NCBI GenBank assembly: GCA_050084985.1
Contig: JBITNC010000001.1
Coordinates: forward strand, 42,160,001 to 42,224,000
Length of the DNA: 64,000 bases
Origin: Nageia nagi
Lineage: Eukaryota; Plantae; Pinophyta
Reading direction: 5' to 3'
The translations under genes and the position numbers were made by a program. The notes beneath the pieces are model-generated. The model searched no databases and was not told where the DNA came from. It saw only the letters and a list, made by a program, of their open reading frames with translations. Below are positions 13,001 to 27,507 of the stretch, piece after piece; the stretch's first letter is position 1; every line of letters begins with the position of its first letter.

Positions 13001-14397
13001 TTGTGTGAAAGCTCCTATTCTTGGTGTGGAAACTACATATTGGTGATCCACATTGGTGAGGTAAAACTAAGATAAGGTATAATCTACCTCCTCCTTTGGT
13101 TATCTTATGGATTATTGCATTATGATACTAACATATTTTGTGTTGTGGTAGTCCTTGTTTATGACAAAATAGGCAATCTATTATTGTATTTTTTACTCTA
13201 ACATGTTTTATTATTAGTTGCAATTTTTAATATTGCCTATTGTTATAATTTTTGCATATCCTTATTTTTTAAGGTTTTATTATGTATTTGAGTAAAAATA
13301 TACTACATTTTTTTCTTTCAAAAATTATATGCAATTTTTATGAAAAGCTTATATATTATATATTTTTTTGCTTACCTTAGTTCTCTTATCAAAATAGTTG
13401 TATTCTATAATTTTTTTTTACTTCAACTATTTTGATACTAACACCAAAAAATGAAATAACTTCACTTTACTACATGTTTTTTGTCCTCTTCTCTAGTTTT
13501 CATTTCAACAAATTTAGGGGAGGATTATTTTTAAGAAAACACAAAATATTGTGAATAATATTTTTACTATATTCATTACAAAATAGAAAGGAAATTAAAA
13601 CAATAAAAAATCTTTTTTGGTTATCAAATGTAGCTACCACATTTGAAATTAATCTAGCATATGCATGGGGCCTTTCCTTCACTTTTAATGAGGTATGCCA
13701 AGGGTAGCTATGCTTGCATAAGGATCAAACAAAGATAAGCATAAAGGGTGGAGTCACTAGCCTATTAAGTGTTGTACATGTCACTTCATGTTGGGGTCCC
13801 TTCTTTTTTTTCTTCTTTTCCTAATATGGGAATTGTCGAAGACTAGATGGAGTCCGTTGGTTGGTTGAGAATGATTTTGTAGACTTCTTGCAACCACTAC
13901 CTTTGATCAATGCCTCCCTCTTGAGCAACCCTTATGACTCTTTCCCCTCTGCTTAGTGCCCTTAGCTACTTGACCCTCTCCTCCAAACTAGCAACTCTAT
14001 CACTTGCCAACTCTGTAATCTTTTCTATGTAGCACTGTGGGTATCCTATATGTTATGTGTTTGTCTTTTTTTCTCCTACATGGCCTCCATTCCCATTTTG
14101 TCTCCTCTTTTGCACTCCCCTCTACACTCTAACTTTGCACAACCTCTTTGGCCTCAAAACTTGGTCAACAATTTTCCAAGAAAGGCCTCCTTTGGTCTTC
14201 TCATTTAATGCCTTGCATTAAATATTCTTGTTTCTTGCAAGAAACCTCCTATTTTGCTATCATTTCCTAAGCTTCTTACCTTAACATAGAGTTTGGGGCT
14301 TCTTCTAGCATTTATTCCTTTTTAGATAGTTGTTGCAAGTTTTTTTTTAATGATGGAGGCAGAGGGCCAAAACCTTTTTTTTGCTTAATATAAACTT

Positions 14398-14399
<2 letters not shown>

Positions 14400-14450
<51 letters not shown>

Positions 14451-14459
14451 ATATATATA
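14400..14459. repeat. (TG)~24 followed by (TA)n compound microsatellite in the Copia leader
   Basis: Directly visible. Confidence 0.95.
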
Positions 14460-15989
14460 ATAATCATTTATTAAGGTTTAAATAAACACTTGATTTGATA
14501 GTGTTAAATACTTTCTAAAGTTCTCTTTAATTTTTTAACTGTTAGAAGAAAACTATTTAAAGATTATCTTTTCTTTAAGAACTTTGAAATTTTTTTGGTT
14601 TAGCCTTAACAAAAAGGGGGGAGACAAATTATTGAAGGATCCTACTTTAGCTACTTGAATCTTTTTAGTAAATTACCACTTAGATAAAGTTTTTTTTTAG
14701 AATTGTTTTTAAAAGAGATCATGATTTTAAGTAAAAAGGAGGAAACATTTTATGATTTTTTACTTAAAATCTAAGTTGCTTATGCAAAGTGATGGATGAA
14801 ATTATGCAAACTATGCAAATGATGTTTGTTATGCCTCTTTAAAAATTATAAAAATAATGCATTATTATTTCTTATGCAAAGTTAAATATGGAAATATTGC
14901 ATGCCTTTTAATCTTGTGTAGAAATAATGCATGCTTAGTACTCAAATTTTTGAAGCTAAATAATTCATGCTTCCTACTTATTTAATGATGCATGCTTAGG
15001 ATTTAAATTTTTAATATGCATGCTTATAACTTAAATTTTTTAAGATTAAATGAAGCATATTTAGTACTTAAATGTTTAAGTTAATGATACATGCTTAGAA
15101 TTTTTTTTGGTGATGCATGTTTACTTCTTAAATTTTTTTTAAGTTATGAAAATAATATATTTGATGACTCCCTAATTTTATTTTGCAAAGTATGAAATGA
15201 ACTTGTGAATGATGTAAAGATGTTCTTTAGGGGTTAGTAAACAAAACCCATTGGAGTCTTAGGTTTTAAAAATTGCAAATAGATGATGTTTACTTATGCT
15301 CTTTTACTTCATATTTTGCATTTTAATTTATTTGATTATGCAAACAAAAATGTAAACATTGAAATAAGCAACCCCATAAAATGAACACATCCGCATGTAC
15401 ATTCTGCAACATCACTTGTTTAAGGAGCCATGATATGAGGATAGACGAATTGGAGCCTTTAAGACTAATAATCCAAATGGTGAAAAGTTTGTACTTCTTA
15501 ATTACTTCTAGGTCCTTTGTTGGTTTAGATATAACTCCAATAGGTGGACATACATGTGTGTAGTGATACCATATGCTCATATGTTCATTTAGGGATTATC
15601 TTGATAACCTAGGAGGACAACTTGAAACCTAATCAAAATTAATAATTTGGTTGATCCAATAAATGTCATAACCTTATAAAATAGTAGGTACTTCTCCTTA
15701 TGAGAAAGTATAAAACTAACTAAGGCAAACTGGTTGAGAATTGGTAGTACTTAGACTCCTCTTGTGTGGGCATCTAACAATGTCACTCTACATATATAGT
15801 TCTTGAGATGAGAAATGTATTTAGGTACATGGATTATTTGAGTTGTAAAACAATTGCACTTATAAATCAAATCAAGCATGTATCTAATGTTAAATGTAAC
15901 ATATTTTATTTACTTGGTTAAAATTTAACATTTAATATTATTTATTAAACTACATGCTTATTATTTTTCATATTTTTATGTAGCAAATA

Positions 15990-18930
15990 GAAGAATACTT
16001 TTTATCCAAACACATTCTTGATGGTGTCAACTTTAAGATTTGAGAACCATATATGAGAGCTGAATTACAAGTAAAAAAGCTTTAGCAAATAGTGAATTAG
16101 AACCTTGTACCTCTTACAAATGAGAAGGCACTAGAGGCTTACAATATAAAAAATGAGTTAACAACCTTCATGATTTACTGTGTTATTTCAAATGATGTGT
16201 TCTTGATGATTTTGTTTTCAACCTTGATGAAAGAAGCTTGGGATAAACTTAAGCAAATATACCTTGGTTCAAATTTTTCAAGAAGATTTACCATTCTCCA
16301 AAAGTTTCTTTAATCTCATCAAGGGAAAGATGAAAATGTTATCATCTACTTGAATAAAATCATTGACCTAAGGATCAAACTTGTTGCTTATGGGTGCAAT
16401 TGGATCAAGGATGAGTTCATGGTTTTTATCATTCTTTAAAGCCTTTCTTCAAAGTTTAGAAACTTTCTAATGATTATAGAAATAAGGCTTGATGATGAAG
16501 AAGAAGTCTTCTCCCTTGAGAACTTTTCTAGGCACCTTTTGAAGCATGAGAAAACCCTTAATAATAAGGTCTTAATTTTTTTTTAAAGATAATAATGCTA
16601 CTTTTGGAGCAACCAAAACTCCTTTCAAAGAGAAGTTCAACCATCAAAATAAATCTTATCCTTCTACTTTCAAAAGGTTTTAGAAAAGAGATAATGGCTA
16701 CAATAGTAGCAAAAATAATGGCAACAATGGTAACAATAAGAACAACAACAACAGTAGGAATAAAAACAACAACAACTCCTTTAAGCAAAGAAATGGAAAA
16801 GGTAAAGTAAATAATCCTTATCTTAAGAAAAAGTTTGATGGTAATTGTAACTACTATAGCATCTAATGTCAAAAGAAGTTAATTTTTATAAAAAAAAAGA
16901 GAGAAAAAAAGAATAAAGGTAATGAAAATGTAAAGAACTATAAAAAAAAGAATATTCATGCTGGTTTTGTTACAGTGCTCTACTCTTTATCTCTCTTTTT
17001 TTTATCTAAATGGATTGTTGACTCTGGTTGCACTAATCATTTATGCTTTGAATTTTTTTTAAAAAAAACTTTCACAAGTATAAAAAAGATGCAGTTGTGA
17101 TAGGTGATAAATTCACCTTTGAAATTCAAAGAATTAAGAGTGTGTTGATTCATAAAAAGGTTCTTGATAATGGGCTTTATGTTCTTAAGCTTAGGATGAA
17201 CCTTATTTTCATGATTCAAATTATTAGAAAAGGGTACTATTTCAAGTTCAACTCACAATCTTAGTGCATTAAAAAAGGACTTACCACTTTGGTTAAAAGA
17301 TTTGTGAAAAATAACCTCTACATTATAAATCAAGTTCCATCAAAGATATGTCTTGATTCTAGTATGTGTTCTAGAGGTAATCTTTAAGACCATCATGTAG
17401 GACACCTTAACCATAAGAGTATTCAAGTCATGAAAGACCAAGAACTTGTGGAAGGTTTATCTTTAATTTTTTTTTTCCTATTGGTATATGTGATAAGTGC
17501 ATTCTTAGCAAGATGCATAGATAAAAATTTGAAAAAGATAAAGCAACAAGAGCATCTTATCCTCTTCAACTTGTGCATTTAGATTTGATGGGTCTATTTC
17601 AGATTAAGTCACTTGGAGGAGCATCTTACGTCTTGACCTTCATTTGGTGAATTTAGTAGAATGACCTTTGGGTATCTATGTTAGGATTATCCTTACTCTT
17701 TTTGCAGCTTAAAGATGAAAATTTTTTCAACTTGATGTCAAAAGTACATTTCTCAATGGTGATTTAGATGTGGAAATCTTCATGAATCAACTAGAAGAAT
17801 TTATTATGGAAGGAAAATATTCCTTTGTGTGCAAATTAAAAAATTCATTATATGTACTTAAGTAAGCATCTCGAGCTTGGTACAAAAATATTTTAGGATA
17901 CTTTGCAAATATTAAATTCTCCAAGTGCTTTTCAGACTTTGATCTATATGTGCTCAATTAGAGAAAAGATGTGGTCTTGATTCTCTTTTATATAGATGAT
18001 CTTTTAATTATTGAGAATAATAATGAAATCATAAAAGAGTGCATATCCAAACTTAAAGCAACATTTGAAATGACTAATCTTGGTCTCTTGAACTACTATC
18101 TTGGAATATAAGTGTATCAATATAAGGATTATACTTATCTCAATCAATCTAAGTATATATCAGACATCTTACAAAAGTTTGGAATGGAAGAGTGTAGATA
18201 TGCTACGATCCTAATCTCTCCTAGAATCATTATCTCTTTGAGCTCCAACTCTTAGTTAGTTGATGCTACAGCTTACAGGTAATTAATTGGTAATCTTTTG
18301 TATTTGATTATATCCAGGCCAAATATTACCTTTGCAGTGAATCTGATGGCATGATTCATGCAAAAACCTTATGTTGAGTAGCTCAATGCTATTAAGCAAA
18401 TCTTGAGGTATGTTACAAAAACTAAGGATCTTGCTCTCAAGTATTCTAAGTTACCCTTATTTGTTCTCTTTGGATTCTTAGATTTTGAATATAGGGGAGA
18501 TAAAGATGATAGGAAATCAAACTCTATGTATGAGTTTAGCATTGATTCAAGTGCTATCTATTAAACTTTTAATAAGTAACCTATTATTTCTCTTTCCACC
18601 ATAAAAATTAAATACAATGCCATGTTTGTTGCATCCTAGGAAGCCATTTGGCTAAGGCATCATTTAAAAAAAATTAGATATGAGCAAGATGGCTCATCTT
18701 TGATTTTTAGATAATCAGTTGGCTATTTCTTTAGCTAAGAATCTTATGTTCTGTCAAAAAATAAAACATATGAAAATCCATGCCTATTTTATCATGAAGA
18801 AGGTTCTTGATGGCATCATACACTTGAAGTATTGTCCATCCATCTTGAACTTTGTTGATTTGTTCACCAAGTCCCTCCCAAAAGCTTAGTTCTATAAGCT
18901 TAGGGATGCCATTAGGTTGGTAAAGTTACC
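15990..18930 (+). pseudogene. Copia gag-pol relic
   Basis: gag AWDKLKQIY ~16235. Protease WIVDSGCTNH at 17011. Integrase GHLNH...LQLVHLDLMG 17400-17600. RT QLDVKSTFLNGDL ~17728, KLKNSLY and YIDDLLI ~17990. RNase H KHMKIHAYF and DLFTKSL 18765-18880. Many stops. Confidence 0.9.
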
Positions 18931-19652
18931 TTCAAGGAGAAGTGAAATTTGAATTCTTATGTTGAATTCATGTTTGTGATGACAACTTCATCTCTAGAAG
19001 GATTTTGTGTTGTATAGTGTTTATTTTTTTGTACACCTTTGTGGTAAGTACGTTCTGCATGAGGAACTTGTACAAATATTTTAAAGCAAAAGATTGGTCA
19101 ATCTAGCATTATTTAGTTATCCATATGTAAGGAACTCTTATGTGTCTTTTGGCACTATTTAGTTATCCATATGTGAGAAACTTATATGTTCATGCTTTAT
19201 TTTGAAATGATAATCAACACATGTTTTATATACAACAGGTGACTATGAGTTTTTTGGCATGGCATCTTTGTGATTACTTATAATGCACCATTGACTAGTT
19301 CACGATGGCATTTGTATGATTCATATATCTTTATTGAGATAAATATGCTGCATATAACTAATATTATTATTTGAGCCTCTTATGATTTGTAGGTTCTTTT
19401 GAGATTACAGGTTACTTACCTCAGGTATGCAGGCTCTTGGAGACTCTTTATGACTTCCAGTTGGATGACTATTTAATGTCATTGAAATTGGTTGTGGTTA
19501 ATGATTGTATTTGGCAAAGTTGTGAGTATTAAACTAAATTTTTCTTACTTCATAAATATATAAAAATTTCTCATCTCCATTGTATCTATTTAGAGAACTC
19601 TCTTGCTTTCTCTCTTTTCTCTCTTTTATTTGTTCTATCCCAATATTACATT

Positions 19653-19661
19653 AAGGGGAAG
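19653..19661 (+). promoter_or_regulatory. Polypurine tract
   Basis: AAGGGGAAG immediately before the 3' LTR TG. Confidence 0.85.
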
Positions 19662-20141
19662 TGTTGGAATGTATAATGCATTATTGTACAGGTTATGTAA
19701 TAATCTTCTATGTAAGTTCACTAATACTAAAGAGTATCATTTGATACCTTGAGTATTTAAGTGAATATGATAATATAACTTGTCTTACACTCCATGTCAC
19801 GAGCATGCCCCTTGGGTAAAAGGATATGCAGGTCATGCTTTTGTACATTGGATAAAAGGATGATCCAAAGAGGAATTTTGGCTTATAAATAGAAGGCTTC
19901 CTCTTTGATCATACACCAATTTGTGGAGTAAAGTTATGCTATCAGATAATGTTTAGGAGGATTGTAAGAGATTCATGTTTGTGAATGAAGTGAGATCTAG
20001 TTAATGGATGTAATCCTAGTTGGAGGAACCACTTACTTCTTGTGTCACTTTGTGAGATTGTCTTCTTGAGTTATCTTGATGTTTGAGTGAGCTTATGATC
20101 TTGGGAGTTTAGAGTTGTTGTGTTATATTGCAACTCTCTCA
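19662..20141 (+). repeat. Copia 3' LTR
   Basis: Direct repeat of 12489-12986. Confidence 0.95.
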
Positions 20142-22848
20142 ACAGAGCACCCTCTTATCCTTAAAGAAGATAATGAGTTCCCATCACCTCAAAATTTGAG
20201 TGGGAATGCATTTTCTTTGTAATGTCACTCAATTTAAAAAACCTTAATATTGGGAATTTATGTTCCAATTATCTTTGCAAAAGATTATCATTAACCAGAT
20301 AAAAAATCAAACCTCAATCCATCTTAAGAGGTGCCATAGTTGCATACAAGGTGCTTATGATATTAACATTTTTTAGTCATTGAATATTTACTTAAGATGA
20401 ACTTAATTATTCTTTAATCATTATCGATTACAAAATTAGAAGAATTACATTTAATCATTATTGGGGTAATTATTATTGTCCATGACTTGAAGCAAGTTGT
20501 TTGCTTCCTCATCAAATAATAAATTCATAAGTTATAATATACTTGTGTAATCTCAATCTTAGTTCATTATAATCTTAATAAGTTTCCATTAGTGTTTTTG
20601 AAGTAATCCCATCTCCATTGTTAAACACTTCAAAAAATGATAAAATATAGATACCCAAAATAGATATCTTTTATTAGGGTGTTATCTTTGGTTTAAATAC
20701 GAGATTCGCATGATTAATATGTTAATTTTCAAACTATACCTCCCATGTCCTAATAAATAAAAATATCATCCTAATCCACCCCTACTATGTCTCTTTGAAG
20801 TTCACAGAGATTCACAATTGATGGATCTAATCAACCATGATTGACTCTGTTTCTCTTATAAATAAGTGTATACCTCCTTTTGTTTAATATATGAAGTTAA
20901 ATATTTTTATGTTATTAGAATGAAGCCCTAATGTTCTATGAGATTTTGAATCTTATTTTATTATAGTTGTTTACTAATGTTGTTGGTTCATTTTCATCAT
21001 ATGTATTTTTATAACAAGCATATCATGGTTACATAGTAGTGTATTTCTATTACATGTAAACTTTAGATGCTTTTCTTACTATAGATTTACGATGCATGTT
21101 AGATCTTCATTGTAGATTTGTATTACATGATATATTTTTATGATAGATTTGTCATTACTTATTTATTTTCATGATTAGTTTAAGTTTGTTTATTATATTA
21201 TATTGTATGTCTGCACTATTGTAATATTATAAGCAAGTGTGTAGGTTTTTGGAGAGATTTTGCATCTTATGGATTGCATATTGAAGAATGTCACTGAAGC
21301 AACATTACAAAAGCAAGATTACTGAAGCAAACAATATTCTTATTTTCATGCTTAAGACCTATGGGAAGATATAACTCAAAATATATGAAAATGATAATCG
21401 AGATCATAAGGATTGCAATAAGATTGTAAAATTAATAAAATTTACTTGTTTGTTACTAAGTTACTTTCTCTTATGTACACCTTGCCTAATTTATTTATGT
21501 TCTAAAGGAACCAACCTTCTTTGGAGATTGAGTTATTAGACAAACAAGTCTCACCTTGGTAACTCCTTCATGAAACATTTGTTTGGATAATGTTTTGTAT
21601 CTCTAGGATGCATTTTAAGAATATTTCTCTTTATCAATCAACAAGTTATTTTTAGCACATTTGATGTGACTCTTTCCCATTGACCCTTATTTTTATACTA
21701 GTATTTGTCCATAAATGCCTAATAGATAAACATATATTCCTAAAATATTTGGTAGGTTTGTCTTCAAAAAGTTCCAAATAATTGAATTTATCTAGTCATA
21801 TTATTTTGAAATTTTCGTAGGTTCTTATGATCTTGTTGGCGACTCCATAACCCATTCTCTAGACTTTGAAATTCTTTCCATACCTATGTATTCTAGTTCT
21901 AGATACAACATAGAGTCATCTAGTTTTCCTATACCATCAAAAAAAGAGGTATCAAGGTTTCAAATAAAATGGTGGTTTTTTCTATCATTTATGAACTATT
22001 CTACATATAAGATCTAATGCATTACATCATGTAAGTAGCTATCTCCATCTATTCATAAGTAGTACTACATTATTTAACTCTTTAAAAAGTATTGTAGTAT
22101 ATGTATCTAGTTCATTATTATGCATATTATACTTTATTTTAATGTTTATGTAAATATTATAAGGATTTTACCTTAATTCATATATTTCAAGAAGAAATGA
22201 TTCAAAATCAGATTTAAAATCCTTTCTGATAGTATGAAGAGATGACTTATTTTGAATCTTATATTAGGCTTGGTTAAGTTTTCTACTTTTTGCAAAAATT
22301 TTCTTATTTAGAAAATTTATGTAAGGAATAGGGAACATTTCAAAAATCTAAAAAGTACATGTTAGTTTTGTATATTTTCTAAATAATCAATTGAGATTTG
22401 ACTTTGAAACCATCAAATATTGGAAAGGAATGGCTCAAAGGTCTCAAGTAGCATTTTCACACTCCAAGATAATGAATAAAATACCTTTTTTGTACAAATG
22501 GTAAGTTGGATTATTGATTTAAGATTGTGTGGGTCACATTATCTATCTATAAATGCTTTCTACTCCTTACTTAGGTAGCCAATGTTTATAGAGCTTCAAT
22601 GTATTACTCTAGTGAGGATTCATCGATCATATAAAGAGTTTAGAATATTTTAACCTTGAAGATATTCATCTAAGGAAGGTTATTCTTTACATTATCTCTT
22701 TTCCTCTATATATGTACATCGACCATTTCACCCTATACATACTATAAATAGACTTGTACAATTTTATTTTCGCTTTCTCCTTTGTATAAATTGTATATTT
22801 GTTTCTCATGCATTTGTTCAAGTTTATCACACATTGCTATAAATATTA

Positions 22849-23464
22849 GGGAAAATTACTAAAATACCCCTATAATTTACCATAATTATGAAAATACCTC
22901 TACTTTTTCAATAATTACGAAAATACCCTTATCACCTTTTAAAAAATATTAAAATAAGAATTTTGATGAGGGTTCAATGTCAATCAAATGCATCAATTAC
23001 TACTCTTCTTCATCCCCTTGAACATGGGGTTGCATGAGTCGTTCATAACAGATTCAAGTTTGATGATGAAGTGCATATAATCGATATATCGAATGGTGAT
23101 TTTATTTCAAACCTTCCTATATAGTATTAAAATATGATAATCATTATATATTTGGCACCTAAGGAATCTGAGGATCCACCAAGTGGTGAGAATCTAGGGG
23201 AAAATGTATCTATATATTTGAATTTGTAGCTAGTTTTATCAAGATCATGTTATGAAGCTGAAGCAGAGGTGCTAAAGGGGGTGAAGAATAGGCATTGAAA
23301 GGGGTGAAGAGAAGTAACTAATGCCTTTAATCAACCATGAACCCTTGTTGAATTTTTTTTTTTAATATTTTTTAAAAGGTTATAGGGGTATTTTTGTAAT
23401 TATTGAAAAAGTAGGGGTGTTTTAGTAATTATGGTAAATTATAGGGGTATTTTGGTAATTTCCC
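22849..23464. mobile_element. Non-autonomous Mutator-like element (MULE/MITE), 616 bp
   Basis: Perfect 9-bp TSD TAAATATTA (22840-22848 and 23465-23473). Imperfect ~165-bp TIRs GGGAAAATTACTAAAATACCCCTATAATTTACCATAATTA... / ...TAATTATGGTAAATTATAGGGGTATTTTGGTAATTTCCC. Confidence 0.93.
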
Positions 23465-26400
23465 TAAATATTATTATTCTATCAGATATTATTATTTATA
23501 CTATATGTTTCTTTTATTCTTGAAACTAAACTCTCTAAGTTTCCCCCAGAAAAATCCACTGTTGGACCCACTTAATGGCATATCATTCTTGGTGTTGAAG
23601 TAGAGTGGTATATCTTTAAGTATTTGGAGATAGTTCCATGATGAACCTCTAGATATCGTCAAATGATAGACTCAAAAGCCTAATGAATAAGATAACTAAA
23701 TCCTTTTTTTCATAAGAAAAAAACCCCATGAAATCACTAAAAATGTTAAAAAAAAGGTAATCTATATGGATATATTATTTCCTTGCTTTTATTTTATGCT
23801 TTAGCTATCTATCTTTTCAAGCCCATATGATAATTTTCCAACATTATTATTCTTGTAGATCTAAAACAAGTTCCTTGTTCAAATTTTAAATCTTGAGATC
23901 TACGTTTTAGTTTCTTTTGATCTTGTATTTCTTTAAAGTATGAAACTTTTGCTAACTATTTATCTCAACAAAATTTTAAAGGTTTTAGAAACACTTAAAA
24001 TTTGTAAATAAGAGTAATAGATTGTATTAGTAAAAAATAGCACTATAATCTACTAAGTGTTTACCTAAGAAAAATCTCACTAGGTTTTCATTTATAAGAT
24101 TCATTTTCACAAACAAATATATCTTTTCCTCCATTTTGTAGGAAAAATCAATTGAAGGCTCCAAAATTCAATGGAAATATAGCTTTATGGAAAGTACAAT
24201 AGGCAAAATTTCATCAAAGAAATTTTTCCATGAAAATATATAAATATCATTGAGTTTAACATGTGAAACATTAGGAACATGCTTTACATATCAAAAATTT
24301 TGTAAGGAATAGAGAATTCATTTTTTGACCAGATAAAAGATGATGTTGAAAAAGAATGAAAAGAACCAACAGAATTTTTGTTGACTTTGATCAAAATATG
24401 TTAAAAAGGCTCAAAACCTATTAAAAAGTGAAGGTTCATGAATAGTAATCATCAACAATATGTTTAAAGGTGCAAAGGCATTGGAAATTAACTAAGGTAT
24501 TAAAGAAAACTCTATTTTTCATCCAATAAAAATAAAATTAGAGAGAAATATTCATGGAGAAAGGCAAGGTGGTGTTAAAGTTATATGAAATTTGAAACTC
24601 CTCTCTTAAAGATATTCAAAGGAAGAATCAAGTTCATAGATGTTAAAATTTAGGTTGTTAGAGAAATCCAACCGAAGATATGATTTAAGTGAAAGATATG
24701 ATAAAGTAATATTTTCTCTTTATCAATGGAAATATTATTTTCTCTTATTGTAGCTATGGCTATTAGATATTTTTGTATTGATGAATGGTTGTTTATATAT
24801 ATTATATTTAATTTGTGATTGTTGGTACTAGGTGGTTAAGCCTAGAATAAAAGTTGGAATGTATTTTCTTTTGTTCCTAAGTATTTAAATATAACTACTA
24901 AATATTTTTGTGGGATTGAGTTGAGAAACTTCTTAATCCTTTTATTTATACATTTAACCTTGCATAATTTATTTATTTTCTAAAGGAAGCAACCTTGGTA
25001 ACTCTTCCTTAAAAACTTTTCTTAAGTAGTTATTGTATGTCTACAACACATTTTAGGTATATTGCATTTCTCGATCAAAAGGAACATTCTTGTGATGATT
25101 TAAAGTATCTTTGCCTCAATCCAATCTTGAGTCACAAGAAGATTATTGTGATTATTTTGAAACAATAAGTAATCATATATTCTTGGAGGAAAGGATTAAA
25201 AAATGATGTCTATACATTATATTAAGTTAGTCACAGAGGAAGAGTATTCAATAGATCAAGAACCAAAAAAGGATTTGTCAATGGAAGAAGATTATAAAAA
25301 AGGTCATGAATGAATTATATGTATGTTTACAAGTGATTAATCAAAATCAGAATGCAATAATTTCCATATATGGGAATGATCATTTCATGATGTATCAAAT
25401 ATTGAAAATATTCAAGAAGAGAAATCAGAATGGCAACTAAATCATTTATTACTAGAAGAAAATGTTAAAAATTGCAAGTCTACTAGTAAAAAGACCAATA
25501 GTTAGATTGTATGTTCTAAAAATAGCCTTAAAAATCATAAAGAAGATAAAAATATGAAATCAATGTCATTGATTTTATCCAACCCTAATGCTAATTTAGA
25601 ATATAATTTCATTTTTGAAGAGCTAGTGATCATATTATGGCAAAAATAATAAGCTTATATTTATGTTGTTGATAAATCATTAAAGAAAACATGCTTGCAT
25701 GAATTGAAAAATCTGATGAGATGTGTACATTTTTTGATTTAAACTAGTGGTTTAAAATTCCCCAACACTAATGATCAACAACAAATATTTGTTCTAGGAT
25801 TACTAGCACTTATTTCCTTGGAAGAAAAACAAGAATATGGTGATTGCATCTTATATAAAATTTATATGATAATAATATGATAAACTTCATATAGCAAAAA
25901 TCAAGATCAGTAAGATTTAACGTGTTATTAAATATTAATTCAAGGTCAAACACGTGTCAATGGTTAGGGATTATAAGAAAAAATTATAGATCATAAATAT
26001 GGCATAGAATTGAATGCAAAGTTTTTGAGAAATGGTAGAATCAAATAAATGCAAAGTTATTCTTGTGGTGATTTATTTTAATCATGGTTGGTGATTGGAA
26101 GTCCAATTATTGTATTTTTAGTGATTATAGGTTGATAATATATTTTGTTATCACTTGATAAACAAGAGCTAACACATTGATTAAGAAGGAATCCCAACCC
26201 TGAACTATCTTGTATTATAATTTTTACAATAATTTTGTTTTATGCCATGAGATGTTTGTATTCAATAAAGAGACTAAATTGTTGAGGTTATTAATTGCCT
26301 CTCAGAAGTTAGCAATTATTCCAACTAAATCTTATGTTATATTTTCCAACACTACCCATCGAATTTCTTAAAATCACCATGAAACTTTTTATGTTACCAA

Positions 26401-27507
26401 CCCATATTCAATATTGTTAAGGGTTTCAAATAGTCTAGAGGATATATCATGAAATTGTATTTGCCCTAAATATTTCTACATTCATATTCCTTAAAAATTG
26501 GTATCTTCAAAAAATGAAGTATCATAATTCAAAAAATCATAAGTTGCTAAATTTCAAGGGTTGATAATGTTTTGTTTTAAAAGTTGTCCATGGAAATATG
26601 GATAACTCAATGGTTGGATAAGTTGAGCATATTAAAATACTAAGTTCTATAAAGAGCTCTATGAATGAGATGGTTAATAGATATAACATGTTTTGGCAAA
26701 TAATGAATCTCCAAAGAAAATGCTCAACCAATTAGTCCATGGAAGAAATTGTTATAAAATGGAATGATGAACTAATAAACAAGATAACCAGATGACCCAA
26801 AAATGTTTGAAGAAGTGAATTAGAATTTTAGTTTGAAGAAAGGCAAGTTGTTCATATATGAAGGTCTAATAGTTCAAGAGAATGTAATGGTCATGAATAA
26901 TATTAAATCAATGGATGAAAGATATATTAAGGGAAAATGATATGTTCACTATAGTCCTTAAAATATGAAGATGCTTGATCACTTAAAAAAATGAAGTGAC
27001 TTCATGGATGAATTGAAAGATGTAAGGTAATACATACAAACTAGGCCTCTATTTACAGATAGAACCATCTTCCTCTACAATATGAAATGACAACTTATAT
27101 CAAAAAATCATTAAAAAAGTTCAAACAAGAAGGAAAAACACATATTAATTCTTGTCTATTATTTAAAAAAAAACTATGATAAAATTTATCAGAGGAATTA
27201 TGATGTTTCAAGGATTCAAATATTATTTTTCAAATTCTAGACTAAATTTTAAAAAGATTATCTAAAGAGCTAAGAATTGTACAAATATGTTCTCAATAAT
27301 CATTGGATTAATTTTTGAATCATGTAGATTTAGTATCCAAAAGTATCTTGCAAGGATATTAATTATCTTAAGGATGTTTTGAAAATAGTTTGACAAAGTC
27401 ATGAGAGTGGATAAATGTTAGTTTTACAAAAAGGATTCATAAAATATTAAGTTTAATAATGTTATTTATATGAGAATTGGGAAAAGTCTAGCCCAAGTGA
27501 AGATTAA

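Larger units (their letters stand above)
12489..20141 (+). mobile_element. Two-LTR Ty1/Copia retrotransposon, decayed and internally deleted
   Basis: LTRs 12489-12986 and 19662-20141 (TG...CA). TSD ACAAA (12484-12488) / ACAGA (20142-20146). PBS and PPT present. gag, protease, partial integrase, RT and RNase H occur in Copia order. Confidence 0.95.

Noticed and set aside
16558-16872. Hydrophobic 104-aa membrane-protein-like ORF
   Set aside because: Antisense of the Asn-rich low-complexity linker of Copia gag.
21440-25070. Similar ~120-bp segments at ~21480-21620 and ~24955-25060 as an LTR pair
   Set aside because: Short and diverged with no TG/CA termini, PBS or TSD; treated as decayed repeat remnants.
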